A stretch of 64,000 nt of DNA, from sequence record PX104378.1. The stretch is one strand, 5' to 3'. The notes beneath the pieces were generated by a model. That model was not told where the DNA came from, made no database searches, and saw only the letters and a program-made list of their open reading frames with translations. The translations under genes were made by a program, and so were the position numbers. Source of the stretch: a phage. Of this stretch, positions 34,772 through 42,842 are shown piece by piece; position 1 is the first letter of the stretch, and each line of letters begins with the position of its first letter.

Positions 34772-35024
34772 AGAATGAAATTTTCACAGACACAATTTTA
34801 CCATAAGTGAAGAATGAATATACATTATCGAGATATTCAACGTCACCTACAATCACATCAAACTGCGGATCAGCAACCGCCGCAACATATTCTACCAGTT
34901 CATCAAGAGAATGCAACTTAATTTCATCAATTCGGCTGTATTTGGTTGCATCTTTGATTTTAAAACCACGTTGTTTCAGCTTATCAATTAGAATTTCACG
35001 CGGAGTTTCAAACAGTTTGCTCAT
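34704..35024 (-). CDS. hypothetical protein (106 aa)
   Basis: ATG after GAGGATTATATT RBS. Confidence 0.5.
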   Translation of the reverse strand: MSKLFETPREILIDKLKQRGFKIKDATKYSRIDEIKLHSLDELVEYVAAVADPQFDVIVGDVEYLDNVYSFFTYGKIVSVKISFCENVEVLASEPEKPTDNGPTAA

Positions 35025-35045
35025 AATATAATCCTCACATTAAAT

Positions 35046-35246
35046 CTAAAATTTGTTAACGACGAATTGCATAATTAGACTAATCACAAACATTGCAAAC
35101 CAAGTATAAATGCAACAGATAAAAGCTACATACAATTCAATCTGGTCAGAGAATACACCGGGTAAAAGCATTAGCAAAATAACAACAGTAAAGACGCTAG
35201 CGATACCCGCAACAAAACCAATATCATTTTTACTAATCGTCATCAA
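35046..35246 (-). CDS. small hydrophobic protein (66 aa)
   Basis: TM segments. Confidence 0.4.
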   Translation of the reverse strand: MMTISKNDIGFVAGIASVFTVVILLMLLPGVFSDQIELYVAFICCIYTWFAMFVISLIMQFVVNKF

Positions 35247-35452
35247 GTCACCGTTTTGTAAAGAAACACAATAAAATCCAAGACAAGAAAGACAGTGTAA
35301 ATGATCATCGTCAAGACAGTAAACACTGTCAAATTTTCATCGTTAGTTAATTCATAGTCGCCCATCCATACAATCACAAGATATAGCATTGAAAGAATGG
35401 AAGCACCTACGAAGTTAAAAAACATATTCTTGAGCGTCATATTAACAACCAT
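35243..35452 (-). CDS. small hydrophobic protein (69 aa)
   Basis: TM segments. Confidence 0.4.
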   Translation of the reverse strand: MVVNMTLKNMFFNFVGASILSMLYLVIVWMGDYELTNDENLTVFTVLTMIIYTVFLVLDFIVFLYKTVT

Positions 35453-35624
35453 CGCGGCTTAAGTCAACAGCAATTGCATACAGCATAATGAATATGCTAG
35501 CAGATCCGAGAATCAATGCACCCTCACATTTTGAAACTCGCTCATCAAAATGTAACATTATCCATCCGAGGATGTTAAAGGCGCAGACCGCGCCTATGTT
35601 CTCTAACCAATTAATCTTTTTCAT
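35442..35624 (-). CDS. small hydrophobic protein (60 aa)
   Basis: TM segments. Confidence 0.4.
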   Translation of the reverse strand: MKKINWLENIGAVCAFNILGWIMLHFDERVSKCEGALILGSASIFIMLYAIAVDLSRDGC

Positions 35625-35632
35625 AATATACC

Positions 35633-35959
35633 TTAGAAAGAAACAGTTTTCAAGAAATCCAGATTTTTAGTACCGAAAACAGAAAAGTAGTGTTTTCCTT
35701 TTTCGGTTTTAGAGAAAGCGATTGTCTTCTCTACATGGTGACGGAAGCCAGACAGACGATCACCCAGGTCAAGGCGGCAAGCGTAAGTAGTGCCGTTTTC
35801 GAAAGTAACCTCGATTTGAGTTTTGTCATATTCGCTTTCATAGGCTTTTGCTGCCGCGTCCTGTGCTTTACGCTCGAAGTCTTCGAAGTGGAATACTTCG
35901 TTTGCGTTAGCGAATACAGAAGATTCAGAGAAGATAACTTTAACAGATACTGGTTTCAT
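35633..35959 (-). CDS. hypothetical protein (108 aa)
   Basis: ATG after PeSL leader GGAGTATCAAA; promoter 36002-36030. Confidence 0.55.
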   Translation of the reverse strand: MKPVSVKVIFSESSVFANANEVFHFEDFERKAQDAAAKAYESEYDKTQIEVTFENGTTYACRLDLGDRLSGFRHHVEKTIAFSKTEKGKHYFSVFGTKNLDFLKTVSF

Positions 35960-36001
35960 TTTGATACTCCTTAGTAGTTCGTGTTTCGTTTCGATGGGTG
36001 T

Positions 36002-36030
36002 ATTATGCTATACACCCTCTCGCGTGTCAA
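36002..36030 (-). promoter_or_regulatory. PeSL-type early promoter (TTGACA-N17-CATAAT)
   Basis: Leader ACACCCATCGAAACGAAACAC identical to copies at 36980 and 38966. Confidence 0.65.
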
Positions 36031-36039
36031 CAACTTTTT

Positions 36040-36228
36040 TTAGTCTTTTTTCATAATTTCTAGAGCAGTTTCTACAGCACCTTTCCAACCTTCCCACATA
36101 ATGGACATAGTAAGGAAGTTAAAGCACCCGCAGGAATCAACCTTTTTAGAGATAAACCATTCTACAAACGCTTCGCTCATACCATGCTCTTTAGCGGATT
36201 CGCGTAATTGTTCAATTTGGTCTTCCAT
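36040..36228 (-). CDS. hypothetical protein (62 aa)
   Basis: ATG after GAGGTGATACT RBS. Confidence 0.45.
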   Translation of the reverse strand: MEDQIEQLRESAKEHGMSEAFVEWFISKKVDSCGCFNFLTMSIMWEGWKGAVETALEIMKKD

Positions 36229-36250
36229 AGTATCACCTCAACACTTAACG

Positions 36251-36445
36251 TTATTCAAACTCAAACGGTCTATTCAACCTATTGTAAAAGTACATATAAC
36301 AAGCAAAATTATGCTTTGGCTGTACCGTATCAGATAGACACGCTTTTACAGCCTCGCGGTCCGATGGGTCTACACCCTCAGCTTTAAGTAATGCTAAAAT
36401 CTGGTTATAGCGTACTCTTAGTTGTACTAATGGTTTATCCCCCAT
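36251..36445 (-). CDS. hypothetical protein (64 aa)
   Basis: Minus-strand ORF, tiles with neighbours. Confidence 0.45.
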   Translation of the reverse strand: MGDKPLVQLRVRYNQILALLKAEGVDPSDREAVKACLSDTVQPKHNFACYMYFYNRLNRPFEFE

Positions 36446-36454
36446 ATTACCCCC

Positions 36455-36682
36455 TTATAGTTGATCAGCAATGTATGCGGTGCATTTGCGGAGTTTAGCC
36501 ATAGCACCACCTTTCATGTCGCTTGCGCCTACAATGTTCATGATCTCTAAGCGATCAGCCGGATTCAGTCTAGTAGCCCAGATCTGGTTAGCCAGTTCCA
36601 TTTTACCCATCTGCGGTTCCATCTCAAACATTTCACGCTCAAAGTCGATAATTTCTTTTGCTGCGTCTTTAAAGTTAATCAT
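36455..36682 (-). CDS. hypothetical protein (75 aa)
   Basis: ATG after PeSL leader; promoter 36712-36740. Confidence 0.5.
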   Translation of the reverse strand: MINFKDAAKEIIDFEREMFEMEPQMGKMELANQIWATRLNPADRLEIMNIVGASDMKGGAMAKLRKCTAYIADQL

Positions 36683-36711
36683 TTTGATTCTCCTGTTCAG
36701 TTGATGGTTGT

Positions 36712-36740
36712 ATTGTAGGGGAGTTATCCTCCCCTGTCAA
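36712..36740 (-). promoter_or_regulatory. PeSL-type early promoter (TTGACA-N17-TACAAT) with hairpin spacer
   Basis: Spacer GGGGAGGATAACTCCCC palindromic. Confidence 0.6.
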
Positions 36741-36748
36741 CACTTTTA

Positions 36749-36934
36749 TCAGAAATATGCAATATAGTTTGCCAGTCCTACAGAGTCATCATTCGGCATT
36801 GCTTTTACTGCCAGTTCAAACCCTGCTTCAACTTTCTGTTTAGCGGATTCTTCGTTATAACCCCAGATTACCAGAATAGCTACTACGTTTTCTTTGCTTA
36901 CTGCTTTCAGTGCTTTAGTGATGCGACGTGCCAT
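36749..36934 (-). CDS. hypothetical protein (61 aa)
   Basis: ATG after PeSL leader GGAGAATCAAATT; promoter 36980-37008. Confidence 0.5.
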   Translation of the reverse strand: MARRITKALKAVSKENVVAILVIWGYNEESAKQKVEAGFELAVKAMPNDDSVGLANYIAYF

Positions 36935-36979
36935 AATTTGATTCTCCGTTTAAGAAAGTGTGTTTCGTTTCGATGGGTG

Positions 36980-37008
36980 TATTATGCTATAGGCCGGATC
37001 TGGTGTCA
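36980..37008 (-). promoter_or_regulatory. PeSL-type early promoter (TTGACA-N17-CATAAT)
   Basis: Leader ACACCCATCGAAACGAAACACAC and GGAGAATCAAATT RBS. Confidence 0.65.
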
Positions 37009-37042
37009 ACAACTTTTTTAAAAAAATTTTAGGCAATAAAAA

Positions 37043-37062
37043 AGCCACTCCGAAGAGTGGCT
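37043..37062 (-). terminator. intrinsic terminator
   Basis: Perfect 8-bp stem AGCCACTC/GAGTGGCT, loop CGAA (TTCG on minus), followed by T6 on minus strand. Confidence 0.7.
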
Positions 37063-37210
37063 TATAGGGAAGGTAGCGAATCTTCCTTGTCTCCAACCTG
37101 CTAGCGGCCTAGCAAGTGAATGCTTTAGCGTACCGGATAGCCCACATACGCTGTAATAAATGCGGCTAGGTGACGTCCAAATCATTCTAACCGCGCTGTC
37201 TTTAGTTCAC
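37063..37210 (-). ncRNA. candidate small non-coding RNA or structured leader (~150 nt), speculative
   Basis: ORF-free stretch bounded by a late-promoter match (37214-37221) and intrinsic terminator (37043-37062); contains internal inverted repeats; not a canonical tRNA. Confidence 0.25.
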
Positions 37211-37212
37211 TA

Positions 37213-37431
37213 TTATTTATATCGCTTTCTCTCGCGACGTTTTTGATCTTCTTCCTTGATAGAGTTAAATGCATCAAAAAGACACATGACACTAATAATA
37301 AACATAACCGTATTTTCTACGATATCCCACGGCTTCGCATCAGTACAGATCCCCCAAACGGTAAGAAATGCAAATAAGGCAGAAGAGATCACAAGAATGA
37401 TACTTGCTAAGATATAAAAAGTCATTTTCAT
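37213..37431 (-). CDS. small hydrophobic protein (72 aa)
   Basis: TM segment plus basic tail. Confidence 0.4.
   Translation of the reverse strand: MKMTFYILASIILVISSALFAFLTVWGICTDAKPWDIVENTVMFIISVMCLFDAFNSIKEEDQKRRERKRYK
37214..37221 (-). promoter_or_regulatory. T4-type late promoter TATAAATA (minus strand)
   Basis: Exact TATAAATA on minus strand overlapping the stop codon of ORF 37213-37431. Confidence 0.45.
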
Positions 37432-37622
37432 GGTTTTACCTCAATTCTTCGATATTCATCACACATCCACGCAGTAAGCAAGAATCCCAACACATAAGCA
37501 ACAAAATACGTTAATGCTTCTTCTGGTTCGGTGCTATGCGCCATCATCAGACCAGCGAGAAAGGTCTTAACAATTACATTTAAAATAATTAGCCACGCAA
37601 ATAATTTCATCGTTTGCCCCAT
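37428..37622 (-). CDS. small hydrophobic protein (64 aa)
   Basis: TM segments. Confidence 0.4.
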   Translation of the reverse strand: MGQTMKLFAWLIILNVIVKTFLAGLMMAHSTEPEEALTYFVAYVLGFLLTAWMCDEYRRIEVKP

Positions 37623-37846
37623 TTCGGTCGAGTCTTTTCAAACTTATACATTCCGTAACAATCTCGAATCATCCACGTAACAAAAGCACCAGTCAACGCA
37701 GACAATACACAGAAGAAGTAAAACGGTCCGGTTGCATTATCAACATGAGCAAGCCAGGTAAAGAAAACACATGCTAAGAATGTAAAGAACATCATAAAGC
37801 ACAAGAAAGCGAAATATTTTATACTACTCATAGCGCCACCATACAA
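37607..37846 (-). CDS. small hydrophobic protein (79 aa)
   Basis: TM segments. Confidence 0.4.
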   Translation of the reverse strand: MYGGAMSSIKYFAFLCFMMFFTFLACVFFTWLAHVDNATGPFYFFCVLSALTGAFVTWMIRDCYGMYKFEKTRPKWGKR

Positions 37847-37924
37847 AAGATCATAAGAAAACCCAACGCAATAAGAATTGCATCAAATTTAGTGAACTCA
37901 GGTCCACCTATCAACATCATTCGT

Positions 37925-38167
37925 TCATAGCGTACAAAGCCATTTAAAAGCACCACATAAAGCGAGCAGAATACTAGGTATAAACGAGATCAAAACAAGT
38001 TTGCAAAAATCATCTAAGGAAACACCGGAATAGCTACCTACTGTAACAACACCGATCATCAGACACAGAAAGAAAACAAATGCAATCATAAACAAAGTAT
38101 TGCTAAACAGTTTAATGATCATTAGACACCCCACGACGATCAATTTCAAAAACTTTTTTATCATCAA
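37925..38167 (-). CDS. small hydrophobic protein (start uncertain)
   Basis: TM segments; overlaps upstream ORF. Confidence 0.35.
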   Translation of the reverse strand: MMIKKFLKLIVVGCLMIIKLFSNTLFMIAFVFFLCLMIGVVTVGSYSGVSLDDFCKLVLISFIPSILLALCGAFKWLCTL

Positions 38168-38315
38168 CGAAGCATGTCACAACTGCCTCGTTGACTTCCG
38201 CAAATTGTTGTGTTACCCACTTAAGGTCAGAGCGAAACAATGTTCTATTAATAACAAATGTTTTACCGCTCTTATCCTTACCCATAAATTTTGCTTTAAC
38301 CATATCAAATTCCAT
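38112..38315 (-). CDS. hypothetical protein (67 aa)
   Basis: ATG after AAGGTGATAAT RBS. Confidence 0.4.
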   Translation of the reverse strand: MEFDMVKAKFMGKDKSGKTFVINRTLFRSDLKWVTQQFAEVNEAVVTCFVDDKKVFEIDRRGVSNDH

Positions 38316-38324
38316 ATTATCACC

Positions 38325-38483
38325 TTATTTGCTAATCGCTAAACCCAATCCGAAGAGAGCACCCGATGCTACAGTATACCCGAAAGTTTCAAAGGCAGTA
38401 AAGATATCTAAGCCACCAGCTAACAGAGTTGCAGTAAACAGAGTACCAGCTACGAACATAAAAGTTTTACCGATAAATTTCAT
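38325..38483 (-). CDS. small hydrophobic protein (52 aa)
   Basis: Not in ORF track; MKFIGKTFMFVAGTLFTATLLAGGLDIFTAFETFGYTVASGALFGLGLAISK; ATG directly after PeSL leader GGAGAATCAAA; promoter 38516-38544. Confidence 0.4.
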   Translation of the reverse strand: MKFIGKTFMFVAGTLFTATLLAGGLDIFTAFETFGYTVASGALFGLGLAISK

Positions 38484-38515
38484 TTTGATTCTCCTTTCGT
38501 TTGTTTGTGGGGGGT

Positions 38516-38544
38516 ATCTTACTACCCCCGTTTCATGTTGTCAA
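38516..38544 (-). promoter_or_regulatory. PeSL-type early promoter (TTGACA-N17-TAAGAT) with hairpin
   Basis: GGGGGTAGTAAGATACCCCCC hairpin; GGAGAATCAAA RBS before ATG 38483. Confidence 0.6.
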
Positions 38545-38550
38545 CTATTT

Positions 38551-38928
38551 TTAAGAATATTTTACTTCGTCTACAATGTCTTTCATGACATTGATTTCCA
38601 TTCCGGTCAGAACACGTTGGAACATGTGCTGCACATACGCTTTCAGGTATTCATTTGATGGCTTGCTATCGAAAGTCTTTTTAGTGTAGTAGTCATCACC
38701 GAAAGCTACTGTAATTACATTTTCGTCGTCGTTCCAAGCGATATAAGCAAATTTGCCGTTATCCCAGAAGCGAGCACTAATTGCTACTTTTGTTGAATCG
38801 AATCCTACTTCGCTGTGAGATTCAAGAACTACTTGCGTGCCAGTTTCTTTATGAATGTAGTAGCGGGATACTAAGTCAAAGTTACGGGTGTAGTGACATT
38901 CGAATTTATCTTTAAACATCATCATCAT
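38551..38928 (-). CDS. hypothetical protein (125 aa)
   Basis: Start at ATG 38928 after PeSL leader; promoter 38966-38994. Confidence 0.5.
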   Translation of the reverse strand: MMMMFKDKFECHYTRNFDLVSRYYIHKETGTQVVLESHSEVGFDSTKVAISARFWDNGKFAYIAWNDDENVITVAFGDDYYTKKTFDSKPSNEYLKAYVQHMFQRVLTGMEINVMKDIVDEVKYS

Positions 38929-38965
38929 TTTGATTCTCCTAAGTGTGTTTCGTTTCGATATGTGC

Positions 38966-38994
38966 ATTATGCTATAGTCGTTTATGGTTGTCAA
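38966..38994 (-). promoter_or_regulatory. PeSL-type early promoter (TTGACA-N17-CATAAT)
   Basis: Leader ACATATCGAAACGAAACACAC and GGAGAATCAAA RBS before ATG 38928. Confidence 0.65.
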
Positions 38995-39011
38995 CACCTA
39001 AAAACAAAAAA

Positions 39012-39030
39012 CCCCGAAAAATTTTCGGGG
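39012..39030 (-). terminator. intrinsic terminator after gene 57B
   Basis: Hairpin CCCCGAAAATTTTTCGGGG followed by T-run on minus strand. Confidence 0.65.
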
Positions 39031-39037
39031 TATAAAA

Positions 39038-39508
39038 TTACAGTTTGGTCGTCCACTCCAGGTCTAGATCTTCGACATACTCATGAGATCGGACAATCTC
39101 TAAATCGAACTCTAGGTCAGTGCCAAATTTACGCGCACCAACATCATAAGAAAGCGTGATATGCGGTACATATTCAGGATAATCCCACGTCGCACCTAAA
39201 GCAGTGCCGATATCGTGTCTGAATTGCATGTAGTCGCTTTCAAATGCCAGCACAAGCGCATTAGTACCGGATTGAGTTTCAAACACTTTCAGATGACACA
39301 GAGAGCCTAAAAACTTTTCACCCTCTTCCGGGATAAACGGAACATAGACACGAGAATATAAGATAGTGCTATGCAGTTTATCACGAGGAACGGCATTAGG
39401 CAGATCGTAGAACTCCTGCAATTTTTCAATGCGGTCTAGTGTATCCTCAGTGAATTTAACCGCCGCATATGTACCTTTAACGGATTCTCGAAACGGGGTC
39501 ATAATCAA
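39038..39508 (-). CDS. 57B: gp57B-like protein, 2H phosphoesterase superfamily
   Basis: Two H-x-T/S-x motifs (HSTILYS, HITLSYD) ~90 aa apart; position immediately downstream of 57A as in T4. Confidence 0.7.
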   Translation of the reverse strand: MIMTPFRESVKGTYAAVKFTEDTLDRIEKLQEFYDLPNAVPRDKLHSTILYSRVYVPFIPEEGEKFLGSLCHLKVFETQSGTNALVLAFESDYMQFRHDIGTALGATWDYPEYVPHITLSYDVGARKFGTDLEFDLEIVRSHEYVEDLDLEWTTKL

Positions 39509-39771
39509 GCCTCCGTGATCAGTTCTACTTCCTCTTTAGCGTCTTCCGCTGCTTCGTCTTTAGGGAGAAGTGCTTTTACTTCTTCGACGATAGCATCAAG
39601 GGAAACAGTGCCATTTTCATCTGGCTGAATACCCAGAATGCGTACCAGTTCCATCAATACACGCTCACGATCTTTCAGTTGGCCTTCTAAGAATGCGGCT
39701 TTTTCTTGAGTGTCAAACAGACGTACTTTCAGGACATTAATCATTTGTTCATGCTGATTGGACATATTCAC
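39505..39771 (-). CDS. 57A: gp57A chaperone for tail-fibre assembly
   Basis: 88 aa; LKVRLFDTQEKAAFLEGQLKDRERVLMELVRILGIQPDENG parallels T4 gp57A; adjacent to gene 1. Confidence 0.8.
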   Translation of the reverse strand: MNMSNQHEQMINVLKVRLFDTQEKAAFLEGQLKDRERVLMELVRILGIQPDENGTVSLDAIVEEVKALLPKDEAAEDAKEEVELITEA

Positions 39772-39797
39772 ATCTCCTACTTGTTGATAACTTTTTA

Positions 39798-40454
39798 TTA
39801 AATGTTCGCGAGAATCGCGCTTTCAAATTCTTCTAATGTACCATTATTTATGATAATGGTTTCACCGTCAATAGGCAAAATTCCTTTTTCGGTGGAGTGA
39901 GTCGATACAATACCAGTATCACGCTGAATATGCAACACCTTAGCACCCATAGCACGCATGAGAGCAATTTCAATAGGCTGACGCACATCAACCACTACAA
40001 AATACCCTTCTTCATTTTTGCGCTTCATAAACTCATTCACGAAGAGATTACACCAATAAAGCGGATTGATCAAGTTAACCATTATATCAGTACCGAGAGT
40101 GGTTAACATGAGACGAATAGACCAGACGTTATTATGTTTTTCGCCGATCTCATTAACGACCTTGTAAATCTCAGCCAGACGATCACAAGTAAAGGAACTA
40201 CCGCCATACTTCGAATCTAACATAAGCAGACACTGAATAAACCACTTATGCGCGGTATAGGTATCAATACCTAGATCGGCTTCTCTGTCACGCCCTAACC
40301 CGTCAAAGTCAAGATAAGTCAGTCCTAATTCCGGTTGACATTCGCATAAGATTTCTTTGATCGGTGCTGCCAGTTGATAACTATGTCCATCAATGATTAA
40401 CGCGGCAGTGTCTTTTCCTACTCGCTTTTTACCACAAAGTGCAATCAATTTCAT
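39798..40454 (-). CDS. 1: gp1 deoxynucleoside monophosphate kinase
   Basis: MKLIALCGKKRVGKDT P-loop and overall similarity to T4 gp1; T4 synteny 57A-1-3-2-4. Confidence 0.9.
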   Translation of the reverse strand: MKLIALCGKKRVGKDTAALIIDGHSYQLAAPIKEILCECQPELGLTYLDFDGLGRDREADLGIDTYTAHKWFIQCLLMLDSKYGGSSFTCDRLAEIYKVVNEIGEKHNNVWSIRLMLTTLGTDIMVNLINPLYWCNLFVNEFMKRKNEEGYFVVVDVRQPIEIALMRAMGAKVLHIQRDTGIVSTHSTEKGILPIDGETIIINNGTLEEFESAILANI

Positions 40455-40469
40455 TATATAAGCCTCTTA

Positions 40470-41060
40470 TTACTTTCTAAAAGCAGGGTGCATAGCTTTA
40501 ATACCTTCCACCCGCTGACGATCCGCCGCCTGAATTGCAGGGCGAGGAACGATCAGTTGACCATCACGTTCAATGCTCATTGTTTTAAATGGAAGAATTG
40601 CAGTACATACCAGAGATTCATGCATATCATCGGTGTATGTTAACTCAAGTTCCCCCAATTGTGAACACCAACAACCATAAAAGTTAAAGGTGCATACAAT
40701 GTTACGGCGTTCATTGTCCATCATGTGAACTTGAACGGCTTCCGGCATTGAATCCTTCCACGCAGTGGAGTTACCGTTATTGTAGTCTACTATAGAAAGC
40801 ATCCATGTGTAAAGGTTTAGATAGCTTTCCAAATGCTCATCGACAATAAACCGGACTACCAACGGGTCAAACTCTACATGACTAGACGGATAATCAGCGA
40901 CCGCCAAACCATATTGACCAGCAACTTGCTTAGTCGGTGGAATGGTTATAGCAGGAAGTGTAACACCTTGAGCATTTAAAGTAAAGCCTTTTGTTAGTTG
41001 TCCATCTGGAATATTGATCTGCCAGTTGCTAGGGTTAGCATAGTTAAAGAGATTAGACAT
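40470..41060 (-). CDS. 3: gp3-like tail completion / sheath stabiliser protein
   Basis: Assigned mainly by position between genes 1 and 2 and size (196 aa); sequence similarity not verified from memory. Confidence 0.6.
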   Translation of the reverse strand: MSNLFNYANPSNWQINIPDGQLTKGFTLNAQGVTLPAITIPPTKQVAGQYGLAVADYPSSHVEFDPLVVRFIVDEHLESYLNLYTWMLSIVDYNNGNSTAWKDSMPEAVQVHMMDNERRNIVCTFNFYGCWCSQLGELELTYTDDMHESLVCTAILPFKTMSIERDGQLIVPRPAIQAADRQRVEGIKAMHPAFRK

Positions 41061-41249
41061 TACTGATTCCTCAAATGAAAATATTTATTAACAATTGTCG
41101 CTTTGCGACGTGCCGTAGGCACTGACTACTTTTTAACCGAAACAAATTTTTATTATTCTAAAGATCTTTCTTCGTTTTGGTTATGTTTTAACCAATAACT
41201 ATATTTTTATACAGTAATAAATAAAACGGGTACTATACGAGGACTTCTT

Positions 41250-41504
41250 ATGACAGAAGACATTTTGTTAAAACTCTATGATCGTTTGGACAACGAATTG
41301 GCAACATTGCGGGGTGAAGTTCTCTATTTGTCTAAATGCAATACAGATCTGCTTAAGCAGATTGCAGAAAGGGATGACCAAATAAAATCCCTTTCAGGTG
41401 CATTACGTGATCGCGACAAGGCATTAGAGATTTTACAGCGTGTTACCAATAAGGAAGAATTAAAAGACTTCTTGCATGGTTATGCTCATGCTATCGATCT
41501 ATAA
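41250..41504 (+). CDS. hypothetical coiled-coil protein (84 aa)
   Basis: Plus-strand ORF with GAGGA RBS inside the minus-strand block, followed by a bidirectional terminator. Confidence 0.5.
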   Translation: MTEDILLKLYDRLDNELATLRGEVLYLSKCNTDLLKQIAERDDQIKSLSGALRDRDKALEILQRVTNKEELKDFLHGYAHAIDL

Positions 41505-41511
41505 TAAAAAA

Positions 41512-41530
41512 AGCCCGTCATTGACGGGCT
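41512..41530. terminator. bidirectional intrinsic terminator between plus-strand ORF 41250-41504 and gp2
   Basis: Hairpin AGCCCGTCA/TGACGGGCT flanked by A-run on one side and T-rich on the other. Confidence 0.65.
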
Positions 41531-41535
41531 TAATC

Positions 41536-42357
41536 TTATGCATCCTTCCAAACTTTCCTTGCGTCGTATTTCTTGCCTTTTGACATAAACTGATATGTAG
41601 GCATATAGATAATATTGCTCCAGTCTTTCGGGCTAATCTCAACAAGTTTTGTTTTAATGTGTCCTGGTAGATATGCTTTGATCATGTGGTCACTTCCACG
41701 CATACCTTTTACATCGCTCCATTTGATTTTTAAGCGTGTTTTATTGCTCAAGGTAGGAGTAGATGCATATTGCTTTAAAAGTGCTTCTAGAAACTGCTGA
41801 CGGGCTTTAGGCGTTACATAGTGTAAGTTAAGACCCAGCATTGCAGTATTACCCGCCTTTGTCTTAGAATCACCCAGACAAATGATCAGCGGGAAAACAT
41901 CCCAATATGGCAAAGTGTCTTTATACTTCGCATCATACATAAAGGTATAGATTCGCCCTACTTGCGGTTTTACAATCTGGTGTCCCTTTATTCCCGCTTT
42001 TATTGTTTTAGTAAACCACTCCTGTGATTTTTCTTTAGGACGACTCTTTGATACAGCACGCATAGACGCACGAAAATCATTAATCATCATCATTGCGCGT
42101 TGCTGCTTATTGAGACCCTTTGCACCTTTCCCTTTTAGTTTTTCAACTTCTATAGCTGTTTTAATTTCGCTGGCATAACGAGACATACTTTTAGTGAAAG
42201 TCGCATAGGCTATTCCCTTAGAATCTGCAAATGCTTTAGCTGTCATGCCTTTGGCTTTTGCTTTCGCAAATTCTACACCCAATTCGACCCACTGTTTAGA
42301 CTTTCGTTTTTGGGGAGACGGCTTTTCGTCTTCTGTGATTATTTCAAATACGCTCAT
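41536..42357 (-). CDS. 2: gp2 DNA end protector protein
   Basis: 273 aa vs T4 274 aa; synteny 3-2-4; similarity recalled for the central YDAKYKDTLPYWD-like region. Confidence 0.85.
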   Translation of the reverse strand: MSVFEIITEDEKPSPQKRKSKQWVELGVEFAKAKAKGMTAKAFADSKGIAYATFTKSMSRYASEIKTAIEVEKLKGKGAKGLNKQQRAMMMINDFRASMRAVSKSRPKEKSQEWFTKTIKAGIKGHQIVKPQVGRIYTFMYDAKYKDTLPYWDVFPLIICLGDSKTKAGNTAMLGLNLHYVTPKARQQFLEALLKQYASTPTLSNKTRLKIKWSDVKGMRGSDHMIKAYLPGHIKTKLVEISPKDWSNIIYMPTYQFMSKGKKYDARKVWKDA

Positions 42358-42368
42358 AATATTATCCT

Positions 42369-42842
42369 CTATTTGTTAAGCCCTTTAAAGCCAAATACTT
42401 TCTTTAATGCATGTTCGGTTATGATCTTAAACTCCATGTTATGCTTTTGGCACAATTTCACGGCAGCTAACCATTTTTCAGTATTTTTTGTGTACGTCCA
42501 TACTTCATGCATATACCGTTGCTTTGTCTTCGCGGTCATTCTTTTTGGCTTTTCTGGTGGTCTTGTCTCTTTAGCTGGTTTAACTTCCCATAAATGCTCC
42601 TTACCATCATCAAACTTAACGTAAAAATCCATAAAGTATCTGTGTCTTTTTCCGTCTGTTGATGACTCATAAGGAATTACTACGGTCTCTGATCCCCATT
42701 TTGCAACTCTAGGATTGCGGTCTAAAAATTTCATTATATGTAATTCCCAACTTGACCTGTAGACGATTTTTTTCAGGTCGCCTTTATACTTCTCCGGGTT
42801 TTCAGGTCTATATTTACCCTTATATGTGTTGCAATTACCCAT
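42369..42842 (-). CDS. 4: gp4 head completion protein
   Basis: KYKGDLKKIVYRSSWE..VVIPYESS..RHRYFMDFYVKF..LWEVKPAKETRPPEKPKRMT parallels T4 gp4. Confidence 0.85.
   Translation of the reverse strand: MGNCNTYKGKYRPENPEKYKGDLKKIVYRSSWELHIMKFLDRNPRVAKWGSETVVIPYESSTDGKRHRYFMDFYVKFDDGKEHLWEVKPAKETRPPEKPKRMTAKTKQRYMHEVWTYTKNTEKWLAAVKLCQKHNMEFKIITEHALKKVFGFKGLNK

Noticed and set aside
37021-37210. Possible tRNA gene in the ORF-free stretch near 37.1 kb (T4 has its tRNA cluster in the equivalent neighbourhood)
   Set aside because: No 7-bp acceptor stem, no GTTCRANYC T-loop and no cloverleaf could be drawn by eye; kept only as a low-confidence small-RNA candidate.
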